A stretch of DNA of 64,000 nucleotides from Patescibacteria group bacterium. GTDB lineage: Bacteria; Patescibacteriota; Minisyncoccia; Phycocordibacterales; Phycocordibacteraceae. A program made the translations under genes and the position numbers. Every line of letters starts with the position of its first letter. The stretch's first letter is position 1. Shown one piece after another: positions 61,692-64,000 of this stretch. The stretch spans positions 3,430 through 67,429 of the forward strand of contig JAGWWI010000001.1 in the NCBI GenBank assembly GCA_018970465.1, written 5' to 3'. The notes under the pieces are model-generated. The model did not search any database. It was not told the origin of the DNA and saw only the letters and a program-made list of their open reading frames with translations.

Positions 61692-62822
61692 ATGCGCCTC
61701 CACACGATCCTGGCCGCCATGGTGGCGGCTCTCGGGCTGGCTGGCTGCGCGAGCAGCCCGCCAGTTAGCTACATCTCGCCGGGTTCGGCGGGGCAATACT
61801 CGTCGGTCGCAACGCCAGGCGTGAGTCCGCAAGAGGACCCGCCCAAGCTGGCGTCCCTCGAGCCTTTCCGAGCTTTCGGGCTCGGACAGGGGCACGGTTA
61901 CGCTCGCACTTACCGCAACCGGTCCATCCCGGAGCTTGTGGGATTGCTGCGCAGCCCAGCCGAGTTCTCGCGGCAGATGCGCGTCTCGTGCAGCATCTGG
62001 GTCCGGCAGGTCGCGGAAGCGCACCCGGGTACCCCGTGGGAGAGCTGCGAGGGCGCTGCGGCCGCGCTCGAACGCGGTGGCTATGCCTCCGTCGCCTGCA
62101 CCGACCAGATGCTGGCGCAGAACTGGCTCGCGGTAACCGATGCTGAAGGCCACGCCTTCGGCGTCTGGCACCGGCGCTGCCTCCCGGGCGAGCAATTGCT
62201 CGTGCAGGGCGACCAACTGCTCGCGTCGCTTCTCTGCATCAACCCGGGGGTTCCGGCTGGTGCTCCCCCGGCACCCCCGCCTATGATGCCGGTGGCGACA
62301 GGCGGCTGCCCTGCTGTTGATATCCTCAAAATCAACATCTGGGGACATGAGGCGCTTGCCTTGCCGGGAGTCGAGCGCACAGATGCGAACGAGCAGCTCG
62401 CGAACCGCTTCGATGTGTACAACCGCATCGCGCACGTCTCGTATGACAACGGCGCGCAGTTCCGTCAGGCATACGCCGCGGGTCAGATCGGCCGGAGTCG
62501 CCAGCCGCACATGATGCAACTCTCGTTCATCATGACGAGCCAGGCGCATGGCGGCGCTCCCGACATCCTGCGCGAGCAGATCGTCGGCGTCGTCCCGGTG
62601 ACTGGGCTCTACGAATGGCGAATTCCGGCAGCCGTGCGTCGCGTCTGGGATGCCGAACGCGTTGTGCCGGTCAATAGCGACGTGTCCTCGCCGCCGGCGT
62701 CCGGTCAAACGGGGTATCACGAGCTCAGATTCTTCAACCACTTGCCCGAGAATCCGACCGAGGGCGAGTGGGCGCGGAACCCGGTTCCTGATTGCGTCAT
62801 GAACGAGCACTTCATCGAGTGA
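61692..62822 (+). CDS. Hypothetical lipoprotein (lipobox LAGC), 376 aa, Cys-rich.
   Basis: MRLHTILAAMVAALGLAGCASS... with SD AAAGGAGGG 6 nt upstream. Confidence 0.65.
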   Translation: MRLHTILAAMVAALGLAGCASSPPVSYISPGSAGQYSSVATPGVSPQEDPPKLASLEPFRAFGLGQGHGYARTYRNRSIPELVGLLRSPAEFSRQMRVSCSIWVRQVAEAHPGTPWESCEGAAAALERGGYASVACTDQMLAQNWLAVTDAEGHAFGVWHRRCLPGEQLLVQGDQLLASLLCINPGVPAGAPPAPPPMMPVATGGCPAVDILKINIWGHEALALPGVERTDANEQLANRFDVYNRIAHVSYDNGAQFRQAYAAGQIGRSRQPHMMQLSFIMTSQAHGGAPDILREQIVGVVPVTGLYEWRIPAAVRRVWDAERVVPVNSDVSSPPASGQTGYHELRFFNHLPENPTEGEWARNPVPDCVMNEHFIE

Positions 62823-62926
62823 GCGCGCTCGTTTCGATCTCGGAGGGGCGCTACGCGCCCCGATGAGGTCCCTTTTCGGGCTCGTCTCCTTTCGAGAGGC
62901 GAGTCGGAAATAGGACCATCACCATC

Positions 62927-64000
62927 ATGTCACTCACTTTTAATCGCTATACCATACTAGTTCCCCTTTTCGTCGTTATCGCTTCGGCGACGGTTTTTGC
63001 GGCGCACTTCAACTGGATTTCCTACGGAGTTCACGGTTTTTCCGTGCATATTCTTCATGCCTACGCCGAAGGTGATGGAGGTGGCGGCGATGGAGGTGGC
63101 AGTGATGGTGGTGGCGGAGACGGTGGTGGTAACGATGGGGGCGGTGGCGACAGTGGCGGCACGAGCACGAGCGGCGGGAACAACGGCGGAGGCGGCGAAA
63201 GCACGCCCACGCCGCCTCCGCCTGCGGTGCCCAGCTGCACCATGTCCTTCAGTCCGACGGCGACCGGGGTCAACGAGGACAGCACGTTCTCGTGGTCGAC
63301 CACGGACGCAACTTCCTTTTCTACGGACGTATACGGCGCGCTCGATCTCTCGGGCTCGATCCCGGGCGCTCACAGCGGCCAGACGATCACGGTGAATGGC
63401 ACGGTGACGGGGCCGGGGGGCACCAACTCCTGCAGCGCGACTCTCACGGTGAATCAGCCCCCGGCTCCGCCGCCTCCGTCGGCGACGCCGACCTGCACCA
63501 TGTCCTTCAGCCCCTCGACGGTCGGGGTCAACGAGAACTCGACGCTCACCTGGTCGACCTCGAACGCGACCTCCTTCTCGACCGACATCTACGGCAGCCT
63601 TGCGCTCTCGGGCTCGATCCCGGGCGCTCACAGCGGCCAGACGATCACGGTGAACGGCACCGTCCAGGGCGCAAGCGGCACCGCGACCTGCAGCGCCACG
63701 CTGACGGTGAACCAGCCGCCGCCCGCTACCAATCACCCGGCCGGCGGCTATTTCGATACCGCGACGTGTACCAGCCTCGATGGCTGGGTCGTCGACCCGG
63801 ACGATCCGAACGATCCGGCCAATGTCCGCATATTCGAAGACGGTCCGTCGGCGAGCGGGACGCTGCTTGGCACCTTCCTCACGAGCGTCTTCCGCGGCGA
63901 TGTGACGGAGAGCACGACCGGCATCCCGGGTCTCGTTGCCGGTAATCACGGCTTCTCCGTCCCCACGCCCGCAAGCGCGAAGGATGGCGCTACGCACACC
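62927..64000 (+). CDS. Secreted Gly-rich repeat protein, partial (runs off the window). It carries a tandem duplicated about 85-aa Cys-containing domain paralogous to 45864..47948.
   Basis: ATG at 62927 in frame 2, with no stop to the window end, so it is absent from the ORF track. N-terminal TM, a (GGD/GGG)n run, then two near-identical units C(T)MSFSP(S/T)..GVNE(D/N)ST..WST.(D/N)[44 protein letters not shown]. The C-terminal block ...VFRGDV...NHGFSVP matches the end of the 45864 protein. Confidence 0.75.
   Translation, partial: MSLTFNRYTILVPLFVVIASATVFAAHFNWISYGVHGFSVHILHAYAEGDGGGGDGGGSDGGGGDGGGNDGGGGDSGGTSTSGGNNGGGGESTPTPPPPAVPSCTMSFSPTATGVNEDSTFSWSTTDATSFSTDVYGALDLSGSIPGAHSGQTITVNGTVTGPGGTNSCSATLTVNQPPAPPPPSATPTCTMSFSPSTVGVNENSTLTWSTSNATSFSTDIYGSLALSGSIPGAHSGQTITVNGTVQGASGTATCSATLTVNQPPPATNHPAGGYFDTATCTSLDGWVVDPDDPNDPANVRIFEDGPSASGTLLGTFLTSVFRGDVTESTTGIPGLVAGNHGFSVPTPASAKDGATHT
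63232..63725 (+). repeat. Tandem direct repeat (2 copies, period about 255 nt) inside the edge CDS.
   Basis: Stretches such as ggctcgatcccgggcgctcacagcggccagacgatcacggtgaa(t/c)ggcac and tgcaccatgtccttcag recur with about 255-nt spacing. Confidence 0.7.

Overview
This 64 kb window is high-GC bacterial chromosomal DNA with almost every gene in a single frame-consistent coding layer. Many long antisense ORFs in the six-frame track are Arg/Pro/Ser-rich artefacts of the GC content.

The gene content suggests, by inference only, a reduced-genome Patescibacteria/CPR-like organism. It has three type IV pilin-like genes, LamG/ConA-like repeat surface proteins, two four-helix-bundle (23S-rRNA-IVS/Avd family) proteins, short PheS/PheT, a sortase and a CARDB-domain protein.

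The housekeeping backbone is rplY, rpmE, prfA, rpsB-tsf, tRNA-Thr, pheST, gyrB, gap, class I FBA, an rpe-tkt(N) fusion with tkt(C), rpiB, a PfkB kinase, ExoX-like exonuclease, MGMT, two DsbA-like proteins, a ZIP transporter, dienelactone hydrolase, DedA, an MFS efflux pump, pirin, DUF488, polysaccharide deacetylase and a GT2 synthase.

Accessory content is the interesting part:
- At 12.6-19.3 kb a giant phage-tail-fibre-like protein, with a peptidase-S74 intramolecular chaperone, ends in an intein N-terminal (Hint) domain. Its C-terminal intein half begins a separate downstream gene. Two free-standing genes sit between the halves: a Zn-ribbon plus RecB-family PD-(D/E)XK nuclease, and a four-helix-bundle protein. 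All four genes are coupled by ATGA overlaps, giving a 'fractured' split-intein locus in an unusual structural host protein.
- At 20.1-27.4 kb there is a cassette-like array of LamG-repeat surface-protein paralogs and fragments with conserved 5' ends. A hicBA module and two antitoxin-less MazF/PemK-like genes are interleaved, and one LamG gene has a 5' four-helix-bundle domain fused to it.
- Three pilin genes are each paired with a small membrane-protein gene.
- An HUH Y1 transposase (IS200/RAYT-like) is flanked by identical hairpin palindromes.
- Two paralogous Cys-rich secreted repeat proteins lie near a sortase.
- Low-GC genes sit at both edges: a P63C-like gene and a lone trypsin-like protease.

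No CRISPR array or rRNA was seen; one tRNA, Thr(UGU), was found. Coordinates derived by hand may be off by a nucleotide or two, while those anchored to the supplied ORF track are exact.
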